From NCBI GenBank assembly GCA_041483195.1, contig JBGPFC010000025.1, positions 1 to 61,991 of the forward strand: a DNA stretch of 61,991 nucleotides. Direction: 5' to 3'. Made by a program: the position numbers and the translations under genes. This DNA is from Candidatus Eiseniibacteriota bacterium. Its GTDB lineage: Bacteria > Eisenbacteria > RBG-16-71-46. The notes under the pieces were generated by a model, which did no database searches, had not been told where the DNA came from, and saw only the letters and a list, made by a program, of their open reading frames with translations. Shown here in pieces: positions 18,792 through 28,065 of the stretch (positions are counted from its first letter, which is position 1; each line of letters begins with the position of its first letter).

Positions 18792-21700
18792 TCACGCGCG
18801 CGCCCCCGCTGCCGGGTCCGCGTGGCGGCTACCGTCTCCATCAATGGTAGCCCAATGGCGACCAGTTTCAATGGCCTGTTCCGTGACCTCGGCCGCCCCG
18901 GTGACGGCGAGGGTGATGGCGCCGAGCGTCTCGTCCACCCGGCCCTCGGCCCGCACGATCTGCCCGCGCACCGCGCGCGCGAACGAGCGGTAGGCGCCGG
19001 GAAACAGCACGCACTCGGCGAGGCCGCTCTCGTCAGCCAGCGTGAGAAACAGCATGGGTTCGCCGCTCTTCGTCTCGACCCGCCGCGTCGCGCACGGCAT
19101 GCCGACGATCGCGACATGGCGCCCCGCGTGCCGCGCGATCTCGGCCGCCGGCACCGTGCCGCGCCGCGCCCCGGGGCCGATCAGCGTGCGGAGCGGGTGC
19201 CCGCTGAACCAGAGCCCGGTCGCGCGGCATTCGCCGCTCACGCGCGCGGCGGGATCGAACTCCGGCAGCTCGGGCACCCCGCACGGCGCGACCGCGTCGG
19301 GCAGCAGCGCGCTGCTCGCCTCGTCCGCGCGCGCGTGACGCGAGCGCCTCCCCCCGCGCGACGCGTCGCGCCGCAGGCGCGCGTCGGTCACCCGCGCCTC
19401 GAGCAGCAGCGAGGGTCGCGTGCGCCGGGTCCAGTCGAGGGCGCCCGCGAGCGCCAGCGCCTCGAGTTCGGGAAGCGGCGGCCTCACGCGGTCGATCACG
19501 TCGGCGAGGCTCGCGAAATTCCGGATCGCGCGCGCGGCGAGCATGCGCTCGGCGGTCGCGAGCGCGAGGCCGAACACGTGCGCGAGCCCGACCCGGACCG
19601 CGACGGCCCCGCCCCCGTCGCGCTCCAGCGTCGCGTCCCAGCGCGAGCGCTGCGCGCACGGCGCGCGGAATTCGACGCCGTGACGGCGCAGGTCTTCGAC
19701 GTGCACCCAGGTCGCGTACATCCCGGCGTGATGGTTCAGGATTCCCACCGCGAACTCGGCCGGAAAGTGCGTCTTGAGGTAGGCGCACTGCCACGCGAGC
19801 GTGCCGTAGCCGGCCGCGTGCGCCTTGCAGAACGAGTAGGCGGCGAAGCGCGTGAGGTCGCGCCACACCGTGCGGGCGGACGCGTCGTCGACGCCGGCGC
19901 GCGCGGCCTGCGCGACGAACCCGCCCTCGAGCGCGCGAAACTCGTCGTCGCCGCGCGCGGCGCCGATCGCGCGCCGCAGGTCGTCGCCTTCCGCGAGCGA
20001 GAGCCCCGCGATCGCGGCGGCCACGCACATCACGTCCTCCTCGTAGAGCATCACGCCGTGCGCGGCGCCCAGCACGCGCTCGAGCCGCGGATGCGCGAAC
20101 GCCGGAGGCTCGAGGCCGCGGCGGCGGCGGCAGTAGGCCTCCTTCATTCCCGACTCGGCGGCCCCGGGCCGCACCAGCGCGACCGCCGCGATGGTTTCGT
20201 CGAGATCGCGGGCGTCGAGCATGCGCAGCAAGTGGCGCATCGCCGGGCTCTCGAGCTGGAAACAGTTGAGCGTGTCGCCGGCCGCGACCCGCGCCGCGGT
20301 CGCCGCATCGTCTTCGGGAATGCGATCGACGTCGGTCACGGCGTGACAGGTCGCGCCCGCCGGCGCGCCGGCTCCGCTCGCGCCGTCGCGCGCCGCATTG
20401 CCCTCCCGCGCCAGCGTCACGCACTCGCCGATCGTCGAGAGCGCGCGGTTGCCGAGCAGGTCCATCTTGACCAGCCCGATCGCCTCGATCGCGCGCATCT
20501 CGAACTGCGTGACCACCACGTCCTTCGCGGTGCGCTCGAGCGGCACGTAGTGCGTGAGCGGCCGGTCCGCGATCACGATCCCGCCACAATGCACCGAGAG
20601 ATGGCGCGGCGCGCCGGCCAGACGCTCCGCCAGCTCGAGCGCCTTCGCGAGCGGCGGCTCGCTCCAATCCACGTCGGCTGCGGCCGGCACCGACGCGAGG
20701 CGCGCGCGGTAGGGCGCTTCCATCTCGCGCGGGATGCGCTTCGCGAGCGCGTTGACACGCGCGTTCGGCACTCCGAGCGCCTTCGCGGTCTCGCGGAACG
20801 CCGAGCGCGCGCCGAGCGTGGCGTGGGTCGCGATCATCGCGACGCGATCCGCGCCGTAGGTTTCGTACACGTGGGCGATGACCTCGTCGCGCCGTTTCCA
20901 GCACAGGTCGATGTCGAGATCGGGGCAGTCGCGCCGCGCGGGATGGAGGAAGCGCTCGAAGTAGAGCCCGTAGCGCAACGGGTCCACGTTGGTGATGCCG
21001 AGCGTGTACGCGACGATCGAGCCCGCGCCCGAGCCGCGGCCCACGGTGGGAATGCCGCGCGCGCGCGCGAAGCCCACGATCTCGGCGACCAGCACGAAGT
21101 AGTCGGTGAACCCCATGCGCTCGATGATCCCCAGCTCCTCGCCCAGCCGCGCGCTCGCGCGCCGGGCCGCGGCGGCGTCCGCGCCGTAGCGGCGGCGGAT
21201 GCCGTCGCGACAGAGCGCGAGCAGGTGGGCGGGCCCGCTCACGCCCGAAGGCAGCGGCGCGCGCGGGAAGATCGGGACGCCCATCTCGAGCTCGAGCCGG
21301 CAGCGCGCGGCGAGCAGCGCGTTGTGCTCGAGCGCCTCGGGCTCGGCTTCGGGCACGCCGGCGCCGCCGCACACCGCGCGCACCCGCCGCGCCCACTCGG
21401 CGGGCGCGACCAGCTGCGCCTCGCGCGCGCAGAACGCGGAGGCCGGCATGCGCTCCAGCAGCTCGCCCGCCGCCGCGGTCACCGCGACCCGGTGGGTCTC
21501 GTGATCGCGCGGCTCGAGCAGCACGCAGTCGCCGGTCGCGACCAGCGGCAGGCCGAGCCGGCGCGCGGCGGCGACGCGCTCCGCCAGATCGCGGCGCTCC
21601 GCGGGGATTCCGCGCACGCCCATCCACAGCCCGCCCGCACGCCCGTCCGCCGCGCGCGGGTTCGCGCTCGGCCCGCGCACGCCGCACGCCGCGGGCACGC

Positions 21701-22091
21701 CGGCCGCGAGCAGCGACGCCGCGAGCCCCGGCGACTCGACGATCACGTGCAGCCCGGAGTGAAGCGTGGCGAGCGCTGCGACCGGATCGAAGTCGGCATC
21801 GAGATGGCGGCGCGTGAGCAGCGCGCAGAGGTGCGCGTACCCGCGGCGGTCGAGCGGCAGCAGCAGCGCGGCGTGAGGCCCGTGCGTGAGCTCGGCGCCG
21901 AGCAGCGGGCGCAGCCCCTCGGCGCGCGCGGCGCGCATGAATCGCACGCCGAGGTAGAGGTTGTCGCGATCGGTGAGCGCGAGCGATTCGTAGCCGAGCG
22001 CGAGCGCGCGCTCGATGAGCGCCTCGGGCGCCGCGACGCCATCGAGCAGCGAGCCGTGCGAGCGCACGCGCAGCGGGACGAATGGGCTCAT
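18792..22091 (-). CDS. dnaE2: Error-prone DNA polymerase III alpha subunit (DnaE2-like)
   Basis: PHP SLLDG/ALTDRDNLY, GRGSGAGS, FERFL...PDLDID, RHLSVHCGG, KMDLLG, CFQLESP, FAAYSFCKAHA, OB fold FLTLADESG. Start set at MSPFVPL. Confidence 0.88.
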   Translation of the reverse strand: MSPFVPLRVRSHGSLLDGVAAPEALIERALALGYESLALTDRDNLYLGVRFMRAARAEGLRPLLGAELTHGPHAALLLPLDRRGYAHLCALLTRRHLDADFDPVAALATLHSGLHVIVESPGLAASLLAAGVPAACGVRGPSANPRAADGRAGGLWMGVRGIPAERRDLAERVAAARRLGLPLVATGDCVLLEPRDHETHRVAVTAAAGELLERMPASAFCAREAQLVAPAEWARRVRAVCGGAGVPEAEPEALEHNALLAARCRLELEMGVPIFPRAPLPSGVSGPAHLLALCRDGIRRRYGADAAAARRASARLGEELGIIERMGFTDYFVLVAEIVGFARARGIPTVGRGSGAGSIVAYTLGITNVDPLRYGLYFERFLHPARRDCPDLDIDLCWKRRDEVIAHVYETYGADRVAMIATHATLGARSAFRETAKALGVPNARVNALAKRIPREMEAPYRARLASVPAAADVDWSEPPLAKALELAERLAGAPRHLSVHCGGIVIADRPLTHYVPLERTAKDVVVTQFEMRAIEAIGLVKMDLLGNRALSTIGECVTLAREGNAARDGASGAGAPAGATCHAVTDVDRIPEDDAATAARVAAGDTLNCFQLESPAMRHLLRMLDARDLDETIAAVALVRPGAAESGMKEAYCRRRRGLEPPAFAHPRLERVLGAAHGVMLYEEDVMCVAAAIAGLSLAEGDDLRRAIGAARGDDEFRALEGGFVAQAARAGVDDASARTVWRDLTRFAAYSFCKAHAAGYGTLAWQCAYLKTHFPAEFAVGILNHHAGMYATWVHVEDLRRHGVEFRAPCAQRSRWDATLERDGGGAVAVRVGLAHVFGLALATAERMLAARAIRNFASLADVIDRVRPPLPELEALALAGALDWTRRTRPSLLLEARVTDARLRRDASRGGRRSRHARADEASSALLPDAVAPCGVPELPEFDPAARVSGECRATGLWFSGHPLRTLIGPGARRGTVPAAEIARHAGRHVAIVGMPCATRRVETKSGEPMLFLTLADESGLAECVLFPGAYRSFARAVRGQIVRAEGRVDETLGAITLAVTGAAEVTEQAIETGRHWATIDGDGSRHADPAAGARA

Positions 22092-22360
22092 GCGGACCCC
22101 CGCGAGCAGACGTGGCGTCGGCCGCGCTGCGCGCGGCGCCGGCCACGCGGCGGGCGAGGGCCGGGGCGCTTCGCCGCCGCTCGGGACGCGCATCCTGCGC
22201 GCCCTCGCTGGCGCGGAGTCCCGCTCCGCCAGTCCCTGGCTCCCGCGGGACTCCGAGCCGCGGCTGCGGCCCCGGCCCTCGCCCGCCGCGCGGCCGGCGC
22301 CGGTGCTAGCATGCGCGGGATCGCGCTGCGCGCTCCCCACGAAGCATTGCGAGGAGATCT

Positions 22361-22822
22361 ATGACCGCCTTCGAACCCCGTGACCCCGGCTTCGAGCGCA
22401 AGGTGCGCGAGAGCTTCGTGCGCCAGCGCGTGATGGCGCTGATCGGCGCGGCGCTCACGCGGATCGAGCCGGGCCGCGTCGAGATCGAGCTGCCGCATCG
22501 CGACGACCTCACGCAGCAGCACGGCTACATCCACGCGGGCGTCGTGAGCACGATCGCCGACAGCGCGGGCGGATACGCGGCCTACACGCTGATGCCGGCC
22601 GGCTCGTCGGTGATGAGCGTCGAGTACAAGATCCACCTGCTCGCGCCCGCCGACGGCGAGCGGCTGGTGGCGAGCGGGCGCGTCGTGCGGCCGGGCCGCA
22701 CGCTCACCGTGTGCGAGCTCGAGGTGACGGTGGTGAAGGGCGGCGCGCGCACGCGCTGCGCGTGGGGCACGCAGACCACGATCTGCCTCGCGGATCGCGA
22801 GGACGGGCCGAAGCGGGAGTAA
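22361..22822 (+). CDS. PaaI-family thioesterase
   Basis: QQHGYIHAGVVSTIADSAGGYAA, VEYKIHLLAPA, GRVVRPGRTL; GAGGAG RBS. Confidence 0.92.
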   Translation: MTAFEPRDPGFERKVRESFVRQRVMALIGAALTRIEPGRVEIELPHRDDLTQQHGYIHAGVVSTIADSAGGYAAYTLMPAGSSVMSVEYKIHLLAPADGERLVASGRVVRPGRTLTVCELEVTVVKGGARTRCAWGTQTTICLADREDGPKRE

Positions 22823-22863
22823 TCGGGGCGGACGCGGCGTGAGGCGCGCGCGTCCGGTCGCGA

Positions 22864-23553
22864 TCAGCCGCGCGCGGGCGGGCCGAACGCCGGCATGGTC
22901 GCGCCGTGCTCCGCGCGCAATCGCACGGCGGGCAGGCGGGCGGCGTCGAAGTACGCCGGCACCAGGATGCGCTGCAGCAGGCGATTGCCCCACAACGCCT
23001 CGTCGTCGGTGAGCGTGGGGCTGTCGTCCTCGAAGCGGAAGCTGCACACCTCGAGATCGCTCGCCTCCATCCACGCCACGATCAGCCAGTGGCGCACGCC
23101 CTCCGCCTCGGGCAGCCGCAGCCACATGAGCGACACGGGGTAGTCGCCGACCTGCCGCCGCCACTGCCGCACGATCATCGGGTCGCTGAAGTGCATGAGC
23201 TCCTGCACCGCGAGCTCGGGCGGCGTGGACGGGGCGAAGCGTCCGCGCACCTGCGCCGCGCTCGGCTCGACCCGCATCGGCGGCGCGAACGCCGGCGGCT
23301 GCGAGAGCACGAAGCACAGCGCCTCGGCGCGATGGCGCGGCTCGAGCATCGGCGCGCGCCGCGACCACAGGTCGAAGCCCGCGTAGACCAGCGCCGGCAC
23401 CAGCATCAGGAGCGCGATCAGCCCGAGGCGCTTCGTGATCGGCTCGGCCGTGCGCCGCGCCCGGCGCTGGATCGCGCCGGCCGAGAGCGGGGCGGTGAAG
23501 AGCCGCACCAGCAGCGGAGGGCGGTGCGGGGCCGATGGGGTGGAGGGCGTCAT
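22864..23553 (-). CDS. Hypothetical single-pass membrane protein
   Basis: One TM (LGLIALLMLVPALVYAGF); host-like codon usage; co-oriented 42 nt downstream of dinB. Confidence 0.6.
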   Translation of the reverse strand: MTPSTPSAPHRPPLLVRLFTAPLSAGAIQRRARRTAEPITKRLGLIALLMLVPALVYAGFDLWSRRAPMLEPRHRAEALCFVLSQPPAFAPPMRVEPSAAQVRGRFAPSTPPELAVQELMHFSDPMIVRQWRRQVGDYPVSLMWLRLPEAEGVRHWLIVAWMEASDLEVCSFRFEDDSPTLTDDEALWGNRLLQRILVPAYFDAARLPAVRLRAEHGATMPAFGPPARG

Positions 23554-23595
23554 ACCGGGGGGGTATCGGCATCGCGGTGCGCTCCCGTGAGGCCG

Positions 23596-25095
23596 CTACT
23601 TCGTGAGCGACGGCGTGCGCAGCACGAAGCCGTGGCGGTCCTCGGCGAGCCGGCCCTTGAGGTGGAGCGCGCGGCCCGAGATCAGCGCGCCGTGTCCGTA
23701 GGCGCGGCGCACGCCGTCGAACGCGCGGTAGAGCGCGGCGCTGCGCCCGGCCTCGCGCTCGTCGAAGAGCGAGCCCTGGTCGCCGGCCGCGGGAACGAAG
23801 TTGGAGAACGTGACGCCGATCGCGTGGAGCGCGACGCGGCGCGTGAACAGGCGGCGCAGCAGCGCGAGCGCGAGCGCCACCGCCACCGGATCGGCGTCGG
23901 AGGGCGTGCGCAGCGAGCGCGCCTGCTCTTCGCTCTCGCCGTCGGCGTAGCGCAGTCGCACGCTCACCGTGCGCGCGCGAAGCTGAAGCTCGCGCGCCGC
24001 GCGGCAGGCGCGGCCTACGAGATACTCGAGCATGCCATCGATCTCGACGCGATCGGCCGTGTTGCGATGGAACGAGGTCTCGCGCGAGATCGAGAGCGGG
24101 ATCTCGCGCGCGGTGACCGGCGCGGTGTCGCGGCCGCGGCAGCGCTCGAACAGCAGGCGGCCGTTCACGCCGAACAGCGAATCGAGCACCTCGGCCGAGA
24201 GCGCGTGCAGCTCGCCGATGGTGCGCAGGTTCATCGAGCGCAGCGTCTTCGCGTGCGCGTGGCCGACGCCCGCGAGCTGCTCGATGGGGCGCGCGACCAG
24301 GAACGCGTCGGCGTCGGCGGCCGCGATGCGCGCGAGGCCGTCGGGCTTCACCGTCTTGCCGATCAGCTTCGCGAGCATGCGGTTGGGCCCGAGGCCGCAC
24401 GTCACGGTGAGCCCGGTCGCTTCGAGAATGTCGCGCTTGAGCGCGCGCGCGGCCGAGACCGGATCGCCGTGCAGGCGTTCGGTGCCGCTCAGGTCGCAGT
24501 ACGCCTCGTCGAGGTAGGTCTCGACTGCCGGCGCGATGGCGCGGCAGCGCGCGAAGATCTCGTCGGCGAAGCAGCGGTACACCTGCGCGTGACCCTCGAG
24601 GATGATCGCCCGCGGGCAGAGGCGCTTCGCCTCGCTGAGCGCCATGCCCGCCCGGAGCCCGAACGCGCGCGCCTCGTACGAGCACGAGGCGATGACGCCG
24701 GCGCCGACGATCACGGGCTTGCCCTGGAGGCGCGGGTCGCGCCGTTGCTCGATCGCCGCGAAGAATGCGTCGATGTCGACGTGAAGGATGGTGCGGAGTT
24801 CATCGGGGGTCGCGCCCGGCGCGGGCCCGTGTTCGACATCGTCTCCGGGGCGGGGCACGCCGGCGCGATCGGCCATCCCCGCGATGCCGCGGCCGTCCGT
24901 GCGCCCGCTCCCGGATCCGATCGTTCGCACCGCGGCGCACGACTCCGCCTCAACGGGTGCCGTCCGGTTCGCGGCGAAGGGGAGAGGCGCGATGTGCGCC
25001 CCGCCCGGCGCCGCGGCGCGAGCGATCGGTGATTCGAACTTCGGTGCGCCCGCGCACGTGTCGTCGTGTCGCGGGCTGCGGACCTTGTGGCTCAT
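23596..25095 (-). CDS. dinB: DNA polymerase IV (Y family)
   Basis: LHVDIDAFFA, SYEARAFG, YLDEAY, AK...KPDG, SISRETSF, clamp motif QGSLF. Start at 25095 overlaps the upstream stop (ATGA); alternative start at 24876. Confidence 0.9.
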   Translation of the reverse strand: MSHKVRSPRHDDTCAGAPKFESPIARAAAPGGAHIAPLPFAANRTAPVEAESCAAVRTIGSGSGRTDGRGIAGMADRAGVPRPGDDVEHGPAPGATPDELRTILHVDIDAFFAAIEQRRDPRLQGKPVIVGAGVIASCSYEARAFGLRAGMALSEAKRLCPRAIILEGHAQVYRCFADEIFARCRAIAPAVETYLDEAYCDLSGTERLHGDPVSAARALKRDILEATGLTVTCGLGPNRMLAKLIGKTVKPDGLARIAAADADAFLVARPIEQLAGVGHAHAKTLRSMNLRTIGELHALSAEVLDSLFGVNGRLLFERCRGRDTAPVTAREIPLSISRETSFHRNTADRVEIDGMLEYLVGRACRAARELQLRARTVSVRLRYADGESEEQARSLRTPSDADPVAVALALALLRRLFTRRVALHAIGVTFSNFVPAAGDQGSLFDEREAGRSAALYRAFDGVRRAYGHGALISGRALHLKGRLAEDRHGFVLRTPSLTK

Positions 25096-25877
25096 GCCGA
25101 TGCCACGCGCGCACCACTCCACGCCACGCGCGGCGACGCAGATGGAAGCGCGTCCCAGGTTCTGTCCTCGAGCAGCCGGCCCGTGCGCTTCTTGTTCGCG
25201 CCGCCCCACTGCTTGAAGAAGAACGCCACGTTCGCGTCGGCGCACTGATCGCGGATGTCGGTCGCCCACGCGGGATCCATGGGGCGGGCGTGATGTCCGC
25301 TCTCGCCGCCGACGATGACCCAGTTGATCGCCGCGCGGCCGAGCACGTGCCGCAGGTCCAGCGGGCCGAGCAGTGGCTCGCACGACAAGAACCGGATCGC
25401 CGACGGGAGAGAAGCAACGATTTCTGCGCGGCCGATATATTTCTGCGTCTCGACGCTCGCGCCGAGCCAGATGTGCGGGTTCGCGCGCGCCAGCCACTCC
25501 GAGTAACCACGGCGCGCATGCAGGTAAGCGTCCATCCGCTCCGCGCGCTTCGTGAGGATCTGGAACCAATGCCAGCGCGCCTTCACCATCGTGCCGAAGA
25601 CGTGATCGATGAAGGAGTACGGCACCTTCTCGTGAAACAGATCGCTCATGGAATTGACGAAGATGCGTCGGGGTGTCTTCCACGTCAGCGGCAGCTCGAG
25701 GCGTTGCGGCCAGAGGCGCAGATCGAAGCCCTGCTCAAATGGATGTCCCGGGACTCCGCGGAAGCGCTCCGCGAAGGTCAGCGCGTAGCAGTGCTTGCAC
25801 CCCGGGCTGACCTTCGTGCAGCCGGTCACGGGATTCCACGTTGCGTCGGTCCATTCGATCGTCGAGTGATCAGCCAT
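25092..25877 (-). CDS. DUF5131 / phage Gp37-Gp68 family protein (radical-SAM-like three-Cys motif)
   Basis: IEWTDATWNPVTGCTKVSPGCKHCYA, FVNSMSDLFH, FQILTKR, RFLSCEPLLG, WVIVGGESG..ARPM, FFFKQWGG. Confidence 0.92.
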   Translation of the reverse strand: MADHSTIEWTDATWNPVTGCTKVSPGCKHCYALTFAERFRGVPGHPFEQGFDLRLWPQRLELPLTWKTPRRIFVNSMSDLFHEKVPYSFIDHVFGTMVKARWHWFQILTKRAERMDAYLHARRGYSEWLARANPHIWLGASVETQKYIGRAEIVASLPSAIRFLSCEPLLGPLDLRHVLGRAAINWVIVGGESGHHARPMDPAWATDIRDQCADANVAFFFKQWGGANKKRTGRLLEDRTWDALPSASPRVAWSGARVASA

Positions 25878-26131
25878 CACCCCTCCATCGTCACGGCCTC
25901 CAGCCACCACACGAGATCCGCCGCGGAGAGCTGCAGCTCGTAGACGTCGCCGCTCTCGACCGTGACCGAGAAGCAGAAGCGCGGGTGGCGCCCCGCGCGG
26001 TCCACCCAGCGCGCGTTGACGTGCGCCACGCGCTGCTCGCGTCCCGCGTGACGGAACGCGAGCGGGCTCACCACTCCGCCCTGGAAATCGGCGCGTACCG
26101 CCACCGCCTGGTCGATCGTTTCGCGTCTCAT
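25877..26131 (-). CDS. Small conserved protein, DUF6504-like
   Basis: 84 aa with pattern P.AF...GR..RV..V..RW...F.V....G.VYEL......W.L; TGATG overlap with the DUF5131 gene. Confidence 0.65.
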   Translation of the reverse strand: MRRETIDQAVAVRADFQGGVVSPLAFRHAGREQRVAHVNARWVDRAGRHPRFCFSVTVESGDVYELQLSAADLVWWLEAVTMEG

Positions 26132-26149
26132 GTCTGGCCTGGCGGAAAC

Positions 26150-26178
26150 ACCTTACTGCACATGCGTGCAGTACGCAA
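26150..26178 (-). promoter_or_regulatory. Sigma70 promoter (TTGCGT-N17-TAAGGT) overlapped by palindromic operator TACTGCACATGCGTGCAGTA (putative LexA box)
   Basis: Palindrome at 26154-26173 with perfect 8-bp arms and CTG-N10-CAG geometry fills the -35/-10 spacer upstream of the dinB operon. Confidence 0.7.
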
Positions 26179-26286
26179 GCGGCGATTGCGGTGGCCCCGG
26201 AACGGCGTCTCGGGTAGAGATAGGCGGTCCGCTGCACGGCCCCATGGCCGAACGACCTTCCGCTCGAGACCCCCCGAGGAGAACAC

Positions 26287-27132
26287 GTGAAACCGAAGAA
26301 CGCTGCGGGCGCGACCGCCGTCGTCGCGATCGCGCTGCTTGCCGCGCCGCTCATCGCCGAGGCGCCGGCGGGCCTGAAGAGCATGGAATTGGGACGCGGT
26401 CCGACCATCGTGCTGGTGCACGGCCTGGGCGGGGCGCGCACCGAGTGGATGCCCACGGCGCGCAAGCTGATGGGCGACCATCACGTCGTGATGGTGGATC
26501 TGCCAGGGCACGGCGAGAGCGCGATGCCCGATCCGTTCTCGTACGAGGCGTGCGCCGCGATGCTCGACCAGGTGCTGGCGAAGCAGAAGCCCGAGAGCAC
26601 GGTCGTGGTCGGCCACGGGCTGGGCGGCGCGATCGCGCTGCTCGAGGCGAAGGCGCATCCCGAGCGCATGAAGGGCCTGATCGTGATCGACGCGAGCCTC
26701 AAGGCCCCGTCCCAGATCCCAGACGAGCAGAAGAAGTTCTTCGTCAGCTTCATCGAGGAGAACTACGACCAGTTCCTCAAGATGACCTTCAGCCGCATGG
26801 GCCGCGATTCGGCGGAGGGCGTCGCGCTCCACGCGCGCGCGGCGCTGGTGCCCTCCGGCAACATGAAGACCTATTTCCGCACGCTGATCGACCTCGACGC
26901 GACCGGTGCCGTGAAGGGACTCAAGACGCCGCTGTTGTTCGTCGGCTCCTCGACCAGCTGGCCAGACACCGTGCAGTGGGCGACGGTCGCGCACCTGCGC
27001 GGGTACGAAGACGCCGGCGCGATTGCCACGCGGCGCATCGCGAAGAGCGGGCAGCAGATCTACGCCGACCAGCCCGACACGCTCGCGATGGTGATCCGCG
27101 ACTTCGAGAAGCAGGTGATCGCGAAGAAGTAG
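26287..27132 (+). CDS. Secreted alpha/beta-hydrolase-fold protein, catalytic residues absent
   Basis: Signal peptide; VLVHGLGG, DLPGHGES; nucleophile elbow GHGLGG (no Ser); SGQQI in place of GHF. Confidence 0.85.
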   Translation: MKPKNAAGATAVVAIALLAAPLIAEAPAGLKSMELGRGPTIVLVHGLGGARTEWMPTARKLMGDHHVVMVDLPGHGESAMPDPFSYEACAAMLDQVLAKQKPESTVVVGHGLGGAIALLEAKAHPERMKGLIVIDASLKAPSQIPDEQKKFFVSFIEENYDQFLKMTFSRMGRDSAEGVALHARAALVPSGNMKTYFRTLIDLDATGAVKGLKTPLLFVGSSTSWPDTVQWATVAHLRGYEDAGAIATRRIAKSGQQIYADQPDTLAMVIRDFEKQVIAKK

Positions 27133-27204
27133 CGGGCTTCAGCCCGCGCCGCGCCGCGCCGATAACGTCGGGGCGTACCGTTCAACCCCGGTACGACCCT
27201 CGAC

Positions 27205-28065
27205 GTGACTCGACGAATTCTCCTGCTGCTGCCCACCGCGCTCGCGCTGACGCTGGTCATCGCGCTCGCCGTGCGTTGGACCTTCGGGCCTCCGCGCCCG
27301 GCCGCGCACTTCGCGATGGGGCATGGTCCGACCATCGTGCTGGTGCACGGGCTCGGCAGCCGCATCCAGCACTGGCTGCCGGTCGCGCGCATCCTCGCGC
27401 GCGATCATCGCGTGGTGCTGGTCGAGCTTCCGGGCCATGGCCTGAGCGCGATGCCCGATCCGTTCTCGCTCGAGCGCGCGACGCAGGCGCTCGATCAGGC
27501 GATCGCAGCCGAGGCCGGCCAGCCGGTGGTGCTGGTGGGCCATTCGGTGGGCGGATTGATCGCGGCGAACGAGGCGCTCGAGCATCCGGCGCGCGTGCGC
27601 GCGCTGGTGCTGGTCGAGACCGCGCTCAAGCCGCAGGTCGAGGGCAACGCGCGCGCGGCGATGCTCGATGCGCTCGATCACGACTACCAGGGGTTGCTCC
27701 AGAACGCGTACATGGCGTTCGGCCGCGACTCGGCGCAGGGCGCGCAACTCTACGCCGAGGTGTCGAAGATGGACCCCGCGATGATCCGCCCGTGGATCAG
27801 GCTCGCGCTCACGCTCGACATCTCGCTGCGCATGCGGCACCTCATGTCGCCGCTGCTGGCGGTGCTCGCCGAGCGCTCGTGGCCGAAGGACGAGGCGTGG
27901 CCGGTGACCGCGAAGGCGCTGGGCTACGATCAGGTGCCGTCGCTCAAGTCGTCGCGGATCGAGGGCTGCGGGCACTTCATCATGCTCGACCGGCCCGGCG
28001 AGCTCGCGCGGCAGATCGAACGCTTCGCGGCATCGCCCGCGAAGGAGCCGGTCGCGATCCGCTAG
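27205..28065 (+). CDS. Alpha/beta hydrolase (N-terminal membrane anchor)
   Basis: VLVHGLG, ELPGHG, GHSVGG, GCGHFIMLDRP; paralog of the upstream gene. Confidence 0.9.
   Translation: MTRRILLLLPTALALTLVIALAVRWTFGPPRPAAHFAMGHGPTIVLVHGLGSRIQHWLPVARILARDHRVVLVELPGHGLSAMPDPFSLERATQALDQAIAAEAGQPVVLVGHSVGGLIAANEALEHPARVRALVLVETALKPQVEGNARAAMLDALDHDYQGLLQNAYMAFGRDSAQGAQLYAEVSKMDPAMIRPWIRLALTLDISLRMRHLMSPLLAVLAERSWPKDEAWPVTAKALGYDQVPSLKSSRIEGCGHFIMLDRPGELARQIERFAASPAKEPVAIR

Noticed and set aside
22092..22360. Second operator palindrome or imuA remnant upstream of dnaE2
   Set aside because: No CTG-N10-CAG palindrome and no RecA-like motif seen.
23596..25095. Calling the Y-family gene imuB
   Set aside because: The catalytic acidic residues and SYEAR motif are intact, so it is DinB-like.
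25092..25877. Prophage inferred from the Gp37/Gp68 family gene
   Set aside because: No phage structural, terminase or replication genes nearby; the gene is coupled to dinB.
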